From Planctomycetota bacterium (GTDB lineage: Bacteria; Planctomycetota; UBA1135; UBA2386): a stretch of 64,000 nt of DNA. The notes beneath the pieces are model-generated. The model was given only the letters and a program-made list of their open reading frames with translations. It was not told where the DNA came from and did not search any database. The DNA lies in NCBI GenBank assembly GCA_050245995.1, contig JBFWWV010000001.1:175437-239436 (forward strand), read 5' to 3'. The translations under genes and the position numbers were made by a program. This document shows, in pieces, positions 39,133-47,036 of this stretch (its first letter is position 1; the number at the start of each line of letters is the position of its first letter).

Positions 39133-39514
39133 CGCGCAGCGCCCGAGCCGAAGCCGCGAGCTCAGCGGCTCCGTCAGCTCTCGCGAGACGGTTTCTCCGG
39201 TTGTTCAGCTTTGCTGCCCCCGTCTCGCGGGCAGTAAGGCGCGACCGCGCGCGGGGTCGGGACCGGAGCAGCGGCCAGGGGCCGGCCCGCACGCGCCGCG
39301 ACGCGGCTTCGGTGTCGGCTCGCGGCGGTGTTGTCGCGGCGCGGCGGGTGCCAGCCGGACCTGCCGCTGCGCTAGCCGGAGCGGCTGCTCTCCATCGGAG
39401 CAGTGCCCTCGGCTGGGCGGTGGCGTTCCTGCCGCGGATGTTGCCCCTTCTGCGCGCGGACCGCGTCCGCGCGTCGCTGTGCGCGAGGGTGCTCTGCACC
39501 CGAGCTTGCACAGC
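39125..39514 (-). repeat. Right arm of the inverted repeat
   Basis: Reverse complement aligns with 38237-38640. Ends 3 nt from the HAD-gene stop at 39517. Confidence 0.8.
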
Positions 39515-39516
39515 AA

Positions 39517-40239
39517 TCACCGGATCGCGAAGTGCCCCTGCAGGATCGTCTGCAGCTCGAAGAAGTCGCGCACTTCCCAGTTCGGCTGGGTCTTGCCGGT
39601 CTCGGTCGAGTGGCGGCCGCTGCGGCGGATGCGGACGGTGAACCAGCCCTCCTGGTTGCACGGGTCGATGTCGTGCGTGGGATTGTCGCCGACGTACAGG
39701 CAGCGGCTGGGCTCGAGCTGCATGCGCTGCAGCACGCGGCGGTAGAGCTTCGGGTTGGGCTTGCTGAAGCCGATCTGGTCGGTGAAGAACACCGCCGAGG
39801 GCGTCATGAACTCGACCAGCTTGAGGCGCACCAGCTTCTCGGCCTGCTTGATGGTGATGCCGGCGGACACGATGCCGCGGATCAGCCGGGTGCTGGCCAG
39901 CCACTTGAGCACCTCGTAGACGTCGTCGTGGACCTGCAGCTCGCGCCACTTGGTCTCGTGGTAGGCGACGACGCCGGCAGCGACGATGACGGCGCGGTTG
40001 ACGCCCTGGCTGGCCTCGGGCGGCAGGCGATCGACGACCTTGTCGAAGTGGTTGCCGTAGTTGCTGCTGAACTCGGTCAGCACCTCGTCGAGCTCGCGCA
40101 GCGCGTCGTTGCGATCGGCGCGCAGGCCGGCGCGGATCATCGCGTCGATGGCGGCGCGGCGCGCCTTGTCGGCGAACACGGTGGTGGAGAACAGCGTGTC
40201 GTCGATGTCGAAGAAGATCGCGTCGAGGGGCGTGCTCAC
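39517..40239 (-). CDS. HAD-superfamily hydrolase, subfamily IA
   Basis: Motif I FFDIDDTLF, motif II VSAG, motif III KPNPK, motif IV YVGDNPTHDI. Confidence 0.85.
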   Translation of the reverse strand: MSTPLDAIFFDIDDTLFSTTVFADKARRAAIDAMIRAGLRADRNDALRELDEVLTEFSSNYGNHFDKVVDRLPPEASQGVNRAVIVAAGVVAYHETKWRELQVHDDVYEVLKWLASTRLIRGIVSAGITIKQAEKLVRLKLVEFMTPSAVFFTDQIGFSKPNPKLYRRVLQRMQLEPSRCLYVGDNPTHDIDPCNQEGWFTVRIRRSGRHSTETGKTQPNWEVRDFFELQTILQGHFAIR

Positions 40240-40588
40240 TGACCTCCGCTGGCGGGCCGGAGTCTAGGAGCCTGCGCCGCGGGAATGCAAGCTGCCGGTC
40301 GCGACCTCCATCGCCCCGGCTCGCGCCGCGAACGCCCCGAGGAATCCACCGATTCGCCTGCGCTTCCGCGGCGCGACCCGGAACGAACCCCACGCACCCG
40401 GGCGGCTCGCCTCCCGTGACGCAGCCTCCTGGCCGGACGGGGGGCCTCGACAAGGGCGCATCGGCCGTCGGCGGCGACCGATCGCGTCCGCGGAGGGGCC
40501 GGGGGCGCCGCGGCGCGCAAGGGCCGCGGCAGGGAGCGGGCGCGCAGGCCGGTGGGGATCGCCGGCCGCGCTCGGCCCTGCGTCCCGG

Positions 40589-43207
40589 CTACTTTCCGAC
40601 CATGGCGCGGTTCTCGAGATCGCGGATGTCCGTGATCCAGGCGCGCACCATGACCATCAGGCTGCGGTTCTCGTCGGCCATGCCTTCCTGCTTGAAGAAG
40701 AACGACAGCAGCGGCAGGCGGGCCAGCAGCGGCACCTCGGCGCGGCGCTCCTTGGTGAGCACCTGGCGAAGGCCGCCGAGCAGCACGGTGCCGCCGTCCG
40801 GCACGCGGGCCGTGGTGGCGAAGCTGGTGACCGTGAGGTTCGGCAGCTGCAGGGTGACCGGCAGCGTCGAGCCGGCGAGCGACGTCGTGAACGTCGGGAT
40901 CGGGCGGGTCAGCTCGGCGATGGTGGGGTTGAGGTTCAGGACGATGTACTTCCGGCTCTGCTCGATCACCGGCTGGACGTCGAGGACGATGCCGTCCTGG
41001 ATCACGTCGACCTTCGGGTCGGCGATGAACGACGCCTGCGCGACCTCGACGTCGAAGTCGCGGACGTAGGCGGTCTGGTTGATCACCGCGACGTGGCCGC
41101 GCTCGCGGTCCAGCACCGACAGGATCTGGCTGTTGACCACCTCGGCCTCCTCCTGCTTCTCGATGGCCTGCAGGACCATGTTGAGCTGGATGTCGTCGAG
41201 CCAGGTCCAGCTCGCGGTCAGGCCGCCGTCGGTCGACAGCGCGCGGCCGAGGTCGGACGCGAAGAAGTTCTCGCTGCGGCCGCGAACGTCGCCGTCGCCG
41301 CCGTCGTTGAAGAACGCGCCGGCCAGCGGGTTGGCGGCCGCGTCGCCGGTGCCGCCGTTGTCGAGGCCGCGCGACGCGTTGTTCTGCAGGCCGTTGGTGA
41401 CGTCGTCGAGGGTCGCGGTCGCGCCCTTGTTGCCGGCGCCGCCGAGGCCGCGGAAGTCGACGCCGACCTCCTGCAGGAAGTTGCGCGTGATCGTCAGGAA
41501 CTTGCTGTCGATCGTGACCACCGGCGTCGCGAAGCGGCGCATGTCCGAGAGCACGCCCTCGATGCGGCGCTGCATGTTCGGGCTGGCCTTGACGATCAGG
41601 TAGCCCGTGTCCTCGGGGCTGATGCTGACGCCCTCGTTCTCCCAGTAGGTCGGGTCGGTGGCGTCCTGCACGTTGGTGACGAGGTCGGCGATCTCGATGT
41701 AGGAGACCTTGTCGTCGCCCTCGCCGCCGGCGCGCGGCGTCTCGTCGAAGCTGTCGCCGCCGGGGATGTCGCGGATGCGCGGCGGCAGGAACTGCGTGCG
41801 CTGGAAGACCAGGTCCATCACGTTGTAGACCCGGCTGACGATGGTGCCCGACGCCTCGGACTTGTTGCCCATCACCACGACGCCGTTGCGCACGGTCCAG
41901 GCCAGGTTGGTGGCCTTCTGCACCATCAGGTCGAGGAAGTTGTCGAGCGTGATCGAGCTCACCAGCTCGACCGTCATCGTCAGGCTCTCCTCACCGATCA
42001 CGTCGCGGCCCTGCGGCGTGATGATGATCGGCACGTTGGTGACGGTCTGCAGGTTCTGCACGACCTCGAGGTAGTCGACCTCGCTGTAGTTCAGCTGGCC
42101 GACCGGCACGGTGCGGACCAGGTCCCAGACGGCGGCGTCCTGCGGGTCGATCGACTCGCGCGTGTCGACCGTGCCGACGCGGCGCTGGGCGCGCTCCCAG
42201 GTGGCCTCGTCGAGCTGCAGCACCTTGGTGTAGGGGACCTTCAGCTCCTCGCGCGCCTCGAGCAGGGAGCGGATCTCCTTGGCCTTCTGGTTGTAGTAGT
42301 CGTCGGCCGCCTGGTCGCGGGCCGCCTTGGTGGCGGCGTGCACCATGTCCTGGGCGATGGGGCTGCTCGGGTCGACGTCGAGGGCCTTCAGCGCGACGTC
42401 GCGCGAGTGCGCGAAGCGGCGGTTCTCGAACGCCATCTGCGCCTCGCGCAGCAGCAGGTCCATCTTGGCGCGGCGGCGGGCCTCGCTCGCCTGGCGCTCG
42501 GCGGCCAGCTTCTGCGCCAGCTCGTCGGCGAACTGCGTCGACACCTGGCGCTCCTGGGCGGCGAGCTGCTGCTCGGCGTCGCTGAGCAGGCCGTCGACCT
42601 GCGCGGGCAGGTTCATCCAGTCGATGCGGTCGCGGGTCTCGATGATGCGCTGCGCGTGCTGCAGCTCCTCGACCGCGCCGGCGAAGTCCTGGCTGCCCAT
42701 CCGCTGACGCGCGCGGTCCATCTTCTCGGTGACCAGGGCGCGACCGCGCTCGGCGGCGATCTGCTCCTGTTCGACCCACAGCTGGTGGATGTCCACCACG
42801 CCGCCGACCGGCACGCCCATCTCGGCCTGCACCGCGGCGATCATGTTGCGCACGCGCTCGTTCTCGGGCTGCAGGTCCTTGGCCTTCAGCAGTTCGCTGA
42901 GCGCGGCCTCGAGCTTGCCGTCCAGCCGCAGGCGCTCGCCCAACTCGAGGTAGCGGGTGACGAGCGCGGCGGTGCGCTGCTGGTCGAGCGTGCGCGGGCC
43001 CTGGCCCTGACCCTGCGGATCCTGCGCCGCGGTGGACGAGCCGGAGTCGTCCGTCATCGGCGCCAGGTCGCCCGGCATGTCCTCGGTCCCGGAGGTCCGA
43101 TCGGCCATGGCGGGGTCCGTGGCGTTGTCGCTCGACGTGGAGCAGGAGGTGCCGACGAGCGCGGCGACGAGGGAAGCAGCGAGCAGGCGCGGATGTTCGA
43201 AGGCCAT
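40589..43207 (-). CDS. Secretin-family outer-membrane channel (GspD/PilQ superfamily) with long helical N-terminal module
   Basis: ORF 40589..43387; start moved to ATG 43207 (MAFEHPRLLAASLVAALVGTSCS; signal, possible lipobox). About 350 aa TPR/coiled-coil-like. N0/STN-like block YLEVVQNLQTVTNVPIIITPQGRDVIGEESLTMTVELVSSITLDNFLDLMVQKATNLAWTVRNGVVVM. Secretin core ...TARVPDGGTVLLGGL...EVPLLARLPLLSFFFK. Confidence 0.88.
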   Translation of the reverse strand: MAFEHPRLLAASLVAALVGTSCSTSSDNATDPAMADRTSGTEDMPGDLAPMTDDSGSSTAAQDPQGQGQGPRTLDQQRTAALVTRYLELGERLRLDGKLEAALSELLKAKDLQPENERVRNMIAAVQAEMGVPVGGVVDIHQLWVEQEQIAAERGRALVTEKMDRARQRMGSQDFAGAVEELQHAQRIIETRDRIDWMNLPAQVDGLLSDAEQQLAAQERQVSTQFADELAQKLAAERQASEARRRAKMDLLLREAQMAFENRRFAHSRDVALKALDVDPSSPIAQDMVHAATKAARDQAADDYYNQKAKEIRSLLEAREELKVPYTKVLQLDEATWERAQRRVGTVDTRESIDPQDAAVWDLVRTVPVGQLNYSEVDYLEVVQNLQTVTNVPIIITPQGRDVIGEESLTMTVELVSSITLDNFLDLMVQKATNLAWTVRNGVVVMGNKSEASGTIVSRVYNVMDLVFQRTQFLPPRIRDIPGGDSFDETPRAGGEGDDKVSYIEIADLVTNVQDATDPTYWENEGVSISPEDTGYLIVKASPNMQRRIEGVLSDMRRFATPVVTIDSKFLTITRNFLQEVGVDFRGLGGAGNKGATATLDDVTNGLQNNASRGLDNGGTGDAAANPLAGAFFNDGGDGDVRGRSENFFASDLGRALSTDGGLTASWTWLDDIQLNMVLQAIEKQEEAEVVNSQILSVLDRERGHVAVINQTAYVRDFDVEVAQASFIADPKVDVIQDGIVLDVQPVIEQSRKYIVLNLNPTIAELTRPIPTFTTSLAGSTLPVTLQLPNLTVTSFATTARVPDGGTVLLGGLRQVLTKERRAEVPLLARLPLLSFFFKQEGMADENRSLMVMVRAWITDIRDLENRAMVGK

Positions 43208-43769
43208 CGATTTCACGCTCAAGGCTTGTGGGGTGCGAGCACCCACAAGGGGAGGGGACGATACTCCGATCCGTCGGTCCCGCCCTGGGCCGTGGGCGAG
43301 AGGGGCTGCATCGCTTGACGTTGCGGAACCGAGCGAGAGGGGAGCTGGGGGTATTCGTCGTCGCAGGCTCCCGAACGGGCGGCCCACGGCGCCGAAGTGG
43401 GCCAGAACCTAGCCGTGCCGGGGGGGCTGCGCCAGCGGTTTCTGCCGGTCAAACTGCGGTTGCCGGCATCGGTTGTCGCCCGCGCGCGCGGTCGCCAGCC
43501 GGGGGCGAGTCGTCGAGGTCCACCGGTGGAGCGGCCGGCGGGACGTCCATCGCATCGCGCCGCCGGTGCGGTGTGGGGCCCACGGCGGGATCCCGGCGGG
43601 GGAGTGGGCGAAGCGCCCGGAACGGTGCGTCGCCGGACCTGCTGCGGGAGCGCGCCGGGACGATCGGGCGATCGCGACAGCCGGCGGAGGCGCGGCTGCG
43701 CAGCCTGGCTCGGGCCGGTGTCGGCTCGGGCGGCGCCGCGGCGGGGGTGCCGCGGCGCGGAGGGGGCGG

Positions 43770-44336
43770 TTACTTGCCGACCGGCTGCGCGCCGAGGCCG
43801 CCGCCGAAGTTGATCTCGTCGAAGCCGGCCTTCTTGACCACGTCGGTGGTCCGCGCCACGTCGTTGTAGAACGTGCCGGGGTGCGGCTCGACGACCACGG
43901 GCATCGCCTTCTTCTGGCCGGGGTTGTCCTTGTCGTCCTGCCAGGTGTCGCGGTTGTTGTAGATCCGCTGCAACTGGCTCAGGAGGTCGTCCTCGTTGGT
44001 GACGAGCGTCGGACCGACCATCCACTTGATGGTGTGGTTCTGCAGCGCGAACCGGAACGGGCGACTGGTGTGCTCGTTGATCTGGTTGATGCCGCCGCCC
44101 TGCGGGAAGATCGGCTGACCAGGCTGATCGACGTAGACGCCGACCGACAGCTGCTCCTGCGGCTCGACCTGGGTGCTCTGGCTGCCCTTGTCCTTCGGCA
44201 GGTACGCCGGGAGCTTGGCCTCGAGCACTTTGAAGTCGATGCAGATGAAGAAGATGATCATCAGGAAGACGCAGTCGATCATCGGCGTCATGTCCGGCTT
44301 GGATTCTTCCTGGGCCTGTTCGAGTGCATTGCTCAT
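43770..44336 (-). CDS. exbD: ExbD/TolR-family biopolymer transport protein
   Basis: DMTPMIDCVFLMIIFFICI (signature TM). Periplasmic domain ends VVVEPHPGTFYNDVARTTDVVKKAGFDEINFGG. Confidence 0.9.
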   Translation of the reverse strand: MSNALEQAQEESKPDMTPMIDCVFLMIIFFICIDFKVLEAKLPAYLPKDKGSQSTQVEPQEQLSVGVYVDQPGQPIFPQGGGINQINEHTSRPFRFALQNHTIKWMVGPTLVTNEDDLLSQLQRIYNNRDTWQDDKDNPGQKKAMPVVVEPHPGTFYNDVARTTDVVKKAGFDEINFGGGLGAQPVGK

Positions 44337-44345
44337 GATCGACTC

Positions 44346-44876
44346 CTACTTTGCCAGGCCTTTGCCCTTCAGCATCTTGAGCTCCTTGTCCTCCTCGGAC
44401 ATCGCGAGCTCGACCATCCAGAACGCAGCCTCGGGTTGGCTGCACTGCTTCATCACCTCGCCGACGTAGTGCCACTCGGTCCACTTGTCGGCGCGCAACA
44501 GGATCGGCTCGTCGACCAGCACCACGTCGCGTCCGCCGATGTTCTCGGTCGAGGTCTTGAGGTCGGTGGTCTGCTTGATGAGCTTCAGCATCGTCATGAT
44601 GCCGGAGTAGTCCTTGCCGTGGACGGCCGGATCGTACTGCACCTTGCCCTTGTAGTAGACCGCGCCGGTCTGCAGCAGGTTGATCACCGGACGGTTCTCG
44701 GAGGGCTGCTCGTCGGGCTCCTGGTACTTGGCCTCGGGGAGGATCAGGTCCTCGAGGTTCTGCTGGCTCAGGTCGATGATCAGCACGAAGAAGATCATCA
44801 GCAGGAAGACGCAGTCGATCATGGGCGTCATGTCCATCTCGACTGTCTCCTGCGCGATTTTGTTGAGGTTGGCCAT
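44346..44876 (-). CDS. exbD: ExbD/TolR-family biopolymer transport protein (second copy)
   Basis: DMTPMIDCVFLLMIFFVLII. 9-nt gap to the next exbD. Confidence 0.9.
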   Translation of the reverse strand: MANLNKIAQETVEMDMTPMIDCVFLLMIFFVLIIDLSQQNLEDLILPEAKYQEPDEQPSENRPVINLLQTGAVYYKGKVQYDPAVHGKDYSGIMTMLKLIKQTTDLKTSTENIGGRDVVLVDEPILLRADKWTEWHYVGEVMKQCSQPEAAFWMVELAMSEEDKELKMLKGKGLAK

Positions 44877-44961
44877 GGGTTGCTCCTAGGGGGTCACAAC
44901 GGGAGGGCTGGGGTCTCGGCTCACTCCCGTTGCGGATCCCGGGGCGGGGCTCAATCGCAGG

Positions 44962-45675
44962 TCACTTGTCCTTGCGGAAGCGCTCGAAGAGGTCTTCGGC
45001 GATCGCGTTCACCTCGGTCGACATGCGCACCACGCGGTTGCGCAGGATGAAGAAGCAGACGCCCACGGGGATGGCGACCGTCAGACCCAGAATGGTCGTG
45101 ATCAGCGCCATCTTGATGCCCTTGGCGAGGATCGCCGGGCTGACCGAGCCGCCCGCGTCGGCGATGGTGCCGAACGTGACGAACATGCCCGACACCGTGC
45201 CGAACAGTCCCATCATCGGCGCGATGGCCGACATCAGCGACAGCCAGCCGATCTTCTGGAACAGCTTCACGGCCTCCTCGGTCTCCATTTCACGCACCGT
45301 GATCTGGATGGTCTCGAAGGGGTGGCCGAGCTTGCTGAGGCCGGCGCCGACGCAGCGGGTCAGGTAGTTCTTCTCCTGCTCGCACAGCTCGGCGGCCTCC
45401 TGGAAGTTCTCTTCGTCGAACAGCGCCTCGAGCTCGTCGATCATGTCCGGCGGCGCGAGCTTCTCGCGCTTGATGCTCATGAAGTTCTCGATGATGAGCG
45501 CGAGCGCCAGCACCGACATGAGCACGATCAGGTAGCCGATCGGGCCGGCGTTCTCGTAGGCGAAGATGTCGCCGATGACGCTGCGCGACTCGCCCTCCTG
45601 GGCGGTGGCGAAGGACGGCAGCAGCAGCGGCGTGGCCAGAGCGGCGAGACGGACGACAGGCGCGGGCAGATTCAT
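44962..45675 (-). CDS. exbB: MotA/TolQ/ExbB-family proton channel
   Basis: Real part of ORF 44962..46449; ATG at 45675 (MNLPAPVVRLAALATPLLLPSFATAQ, signal-like). IGYLIVLMSVLALALIIE, SAIAPMMGLFGTVSGM, KGIKMALITTILGLTVAIPV. Confidence 0.9.
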   Translation of the reverse strand: MNLPAPVVRLAALATPLLLPSFATAQEGESRSVIGDIFAYENAGPIGYLIVLMSVLALALIIENFMSIKREKLAPPDMIDELEALFDEENFQEAAELCEQEKNYLTRCVGAGLSKLGHPFETIQITVREMETEEAVKLFQKIGWLSLMSAIAPMMGLFGTVSGMFVTFGTIADAGGSVSPAILAKGIKMALITTILGLTVAIPVGVCFFILRNRVVRMSTEVNAIAEDLFERFRKDK

Positions 45676-45893
45676 GGAGCAGCGACTCCGTGGGAAGGGA
45701 CCAGCTTGCAGGGGGGAAGGGAGAGGGAGCGACCGCGAGGGCAGCGCGCGATCGGCGGTACGTGGGGGTGCAGAGTGTGCGCAGAACCCGCTCGGCGCGA
45801 AAGTCCCCACCGCGAAAGAACCTGCTGCCGACTGCGGCGCGGCCGGCCGGGCGCGGGTGGCGGTGGGGGCCGCGGGTGCGGGTGCTGTGCGGT

Positions 45894-47036
45894 TCACTTG
45901 GCGAGTTCCGCCCGGGCGGCGGCGGCCCAACGCGAGGTCGGGTAGCTGCGCGTCACGATCTGGAAGTAGGCCTTGGCGTCGCCGCCGGAGCCCTCGCCGA
46001 GGGCCCGCATGACGCGGCCCAGGTAGTAGTTGGCCTTGGCGCTGGTGTCGCCGGCGCCGGTGTCCAGCACGCAGGCCTCGGCCAGCGCGATCTGCGCCTC
46101 GCGCAGCTTCGCGGGGTTCTTGCTGTCGGCGGCGGCCAGGAACGTGGCCTCGCCCTGGCCGGCCTTGCCGGAGGCCGCCAGCGACGGATCCGGGTTCTGC
46201 GACAGCGAGCGGAAGTAGTCGGCGGCGCGCTGGAACTCCTTCTCGCGCACCAGGGTCTCGCCCTCGCCGACCTTCGAGTTGATCTTGATCGCCTCGAACT
46301 CGGGCCCCTTGCCGCCGGCCTGCGCCAGCGCGGTGTCGGCGGCCGATGCGGCGCTCTGGAACGCGCCGCGAGCCTCCAGGGTCTTGCCCTGGTCGAGCAG
46401 GCACAGCGCCAGCTCGTACTTGGCGCGGGCGCTCCACACGGCGCCCCAACCGTCGCGCACGGAGCGGTCGTCGAGCTCCTTGAGCGTGGTCTCGGCGTCG
46501 GCCTGGACCTGGCCCAGCCGCAGCGCGCGACCGAGCAGGTACATCGCCTCGGGCAGGTGCCAGTGCTCCGGGAATTCACTGATCCAGGCGCGCAGCGCGC
46601 CGGCCGCGTTGGCTGCCGCCGCGGGATCCGCGGCGCCGGCGCCTACCGCCGCCTTGCCCTGCAGGAAACGCGCCTCGGCCTTGAGCAGCTCGCGCTCGGT
46701 GCCGTTGGCGGCCTCGCCGTACAGCTGCTGCGCGGTCGCGAACTCGCCGCGCTCGAGCGCGGCCTCGGCGCCGACGAACGCGTCCGGGGCGCCGCCCCAA
46801 CGGATGCCGGCCACGAGGTGCGGCGGAATGTCGACCTCCTCGGTGCCGCGCAGCACCTTGACCGCACTCAGCGTGAACGTCTGCACCTTGACGCCGCGCA
46901 TGCTCGACCCGTCGGTCTTGAGCACGGTGTCGAGGGCTTCCTGCGCCGGGGCCAGCGCCGCGGCGAGCGCCAGGGCGAGGGCGGCGGACCCGGCGCGGAG
47001 GCGCGGGCGGGGCGTGGGGGACTGGTGCGTGGACAT
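45894..47036 (-). CDS. Periplasmic TPR-repeat protein (380 aa)
   Basis: Real C-terminal part of the 1407-aa track ORF 45894..50117; ATG at 47036 (MSTHQSPTPRPRLRAGSAALALALAAALAPAQE). TPR-like pairs (GEFATAQQLYGEAA, EAMYLLGRALRLG, AKYELALCLLDQGK, KANYYLGRVMRALG). Start shares 1 nt with the upstream stop (TGATG). Confidence 0.7.
   Translation of the reverse strand: MSTHQSPTPRPRLRAGSAALALALAAALAPAQEALDTVLKTDGSSMRGVKVQTFTLSAVKVLRGTEEVDIPPHLVAGIRWGGAPDAFVGAEAALERGEFATAQQLYGEAANGTERELLKAEARFLQGKAAVGAGAADPAAAANAAGALRAWISEFPEHWHLPEAMYLLGRALRLGQVQADAETTLKELDDRSVRDGWGAVWSARAKYELALCLLDQGKTLEARGAFQSAASAADTALAQAGGKGPEFEAIKINSKVGEGETLVREKEFQRAADYFRSLSQNPDPSLAASGKAGQGEATFLAAADSKNPAKLREAQIALAEACVLDTGAGDTSAKANYYLGRVMRALGEGSGGDAKAYFQIVTRSYPTSRWAAAARAELAK

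Noticed and set aside
38237-39514. Insertion sequence or composite transposon
   Set aside because: The only ORF between the inverted repeats is a small HEAT-like protein. No DDE, serine or tyrosine recombinase motifs and no obvious target-site duplication were seen. It is kept as an unexplained inverted repeat instead.
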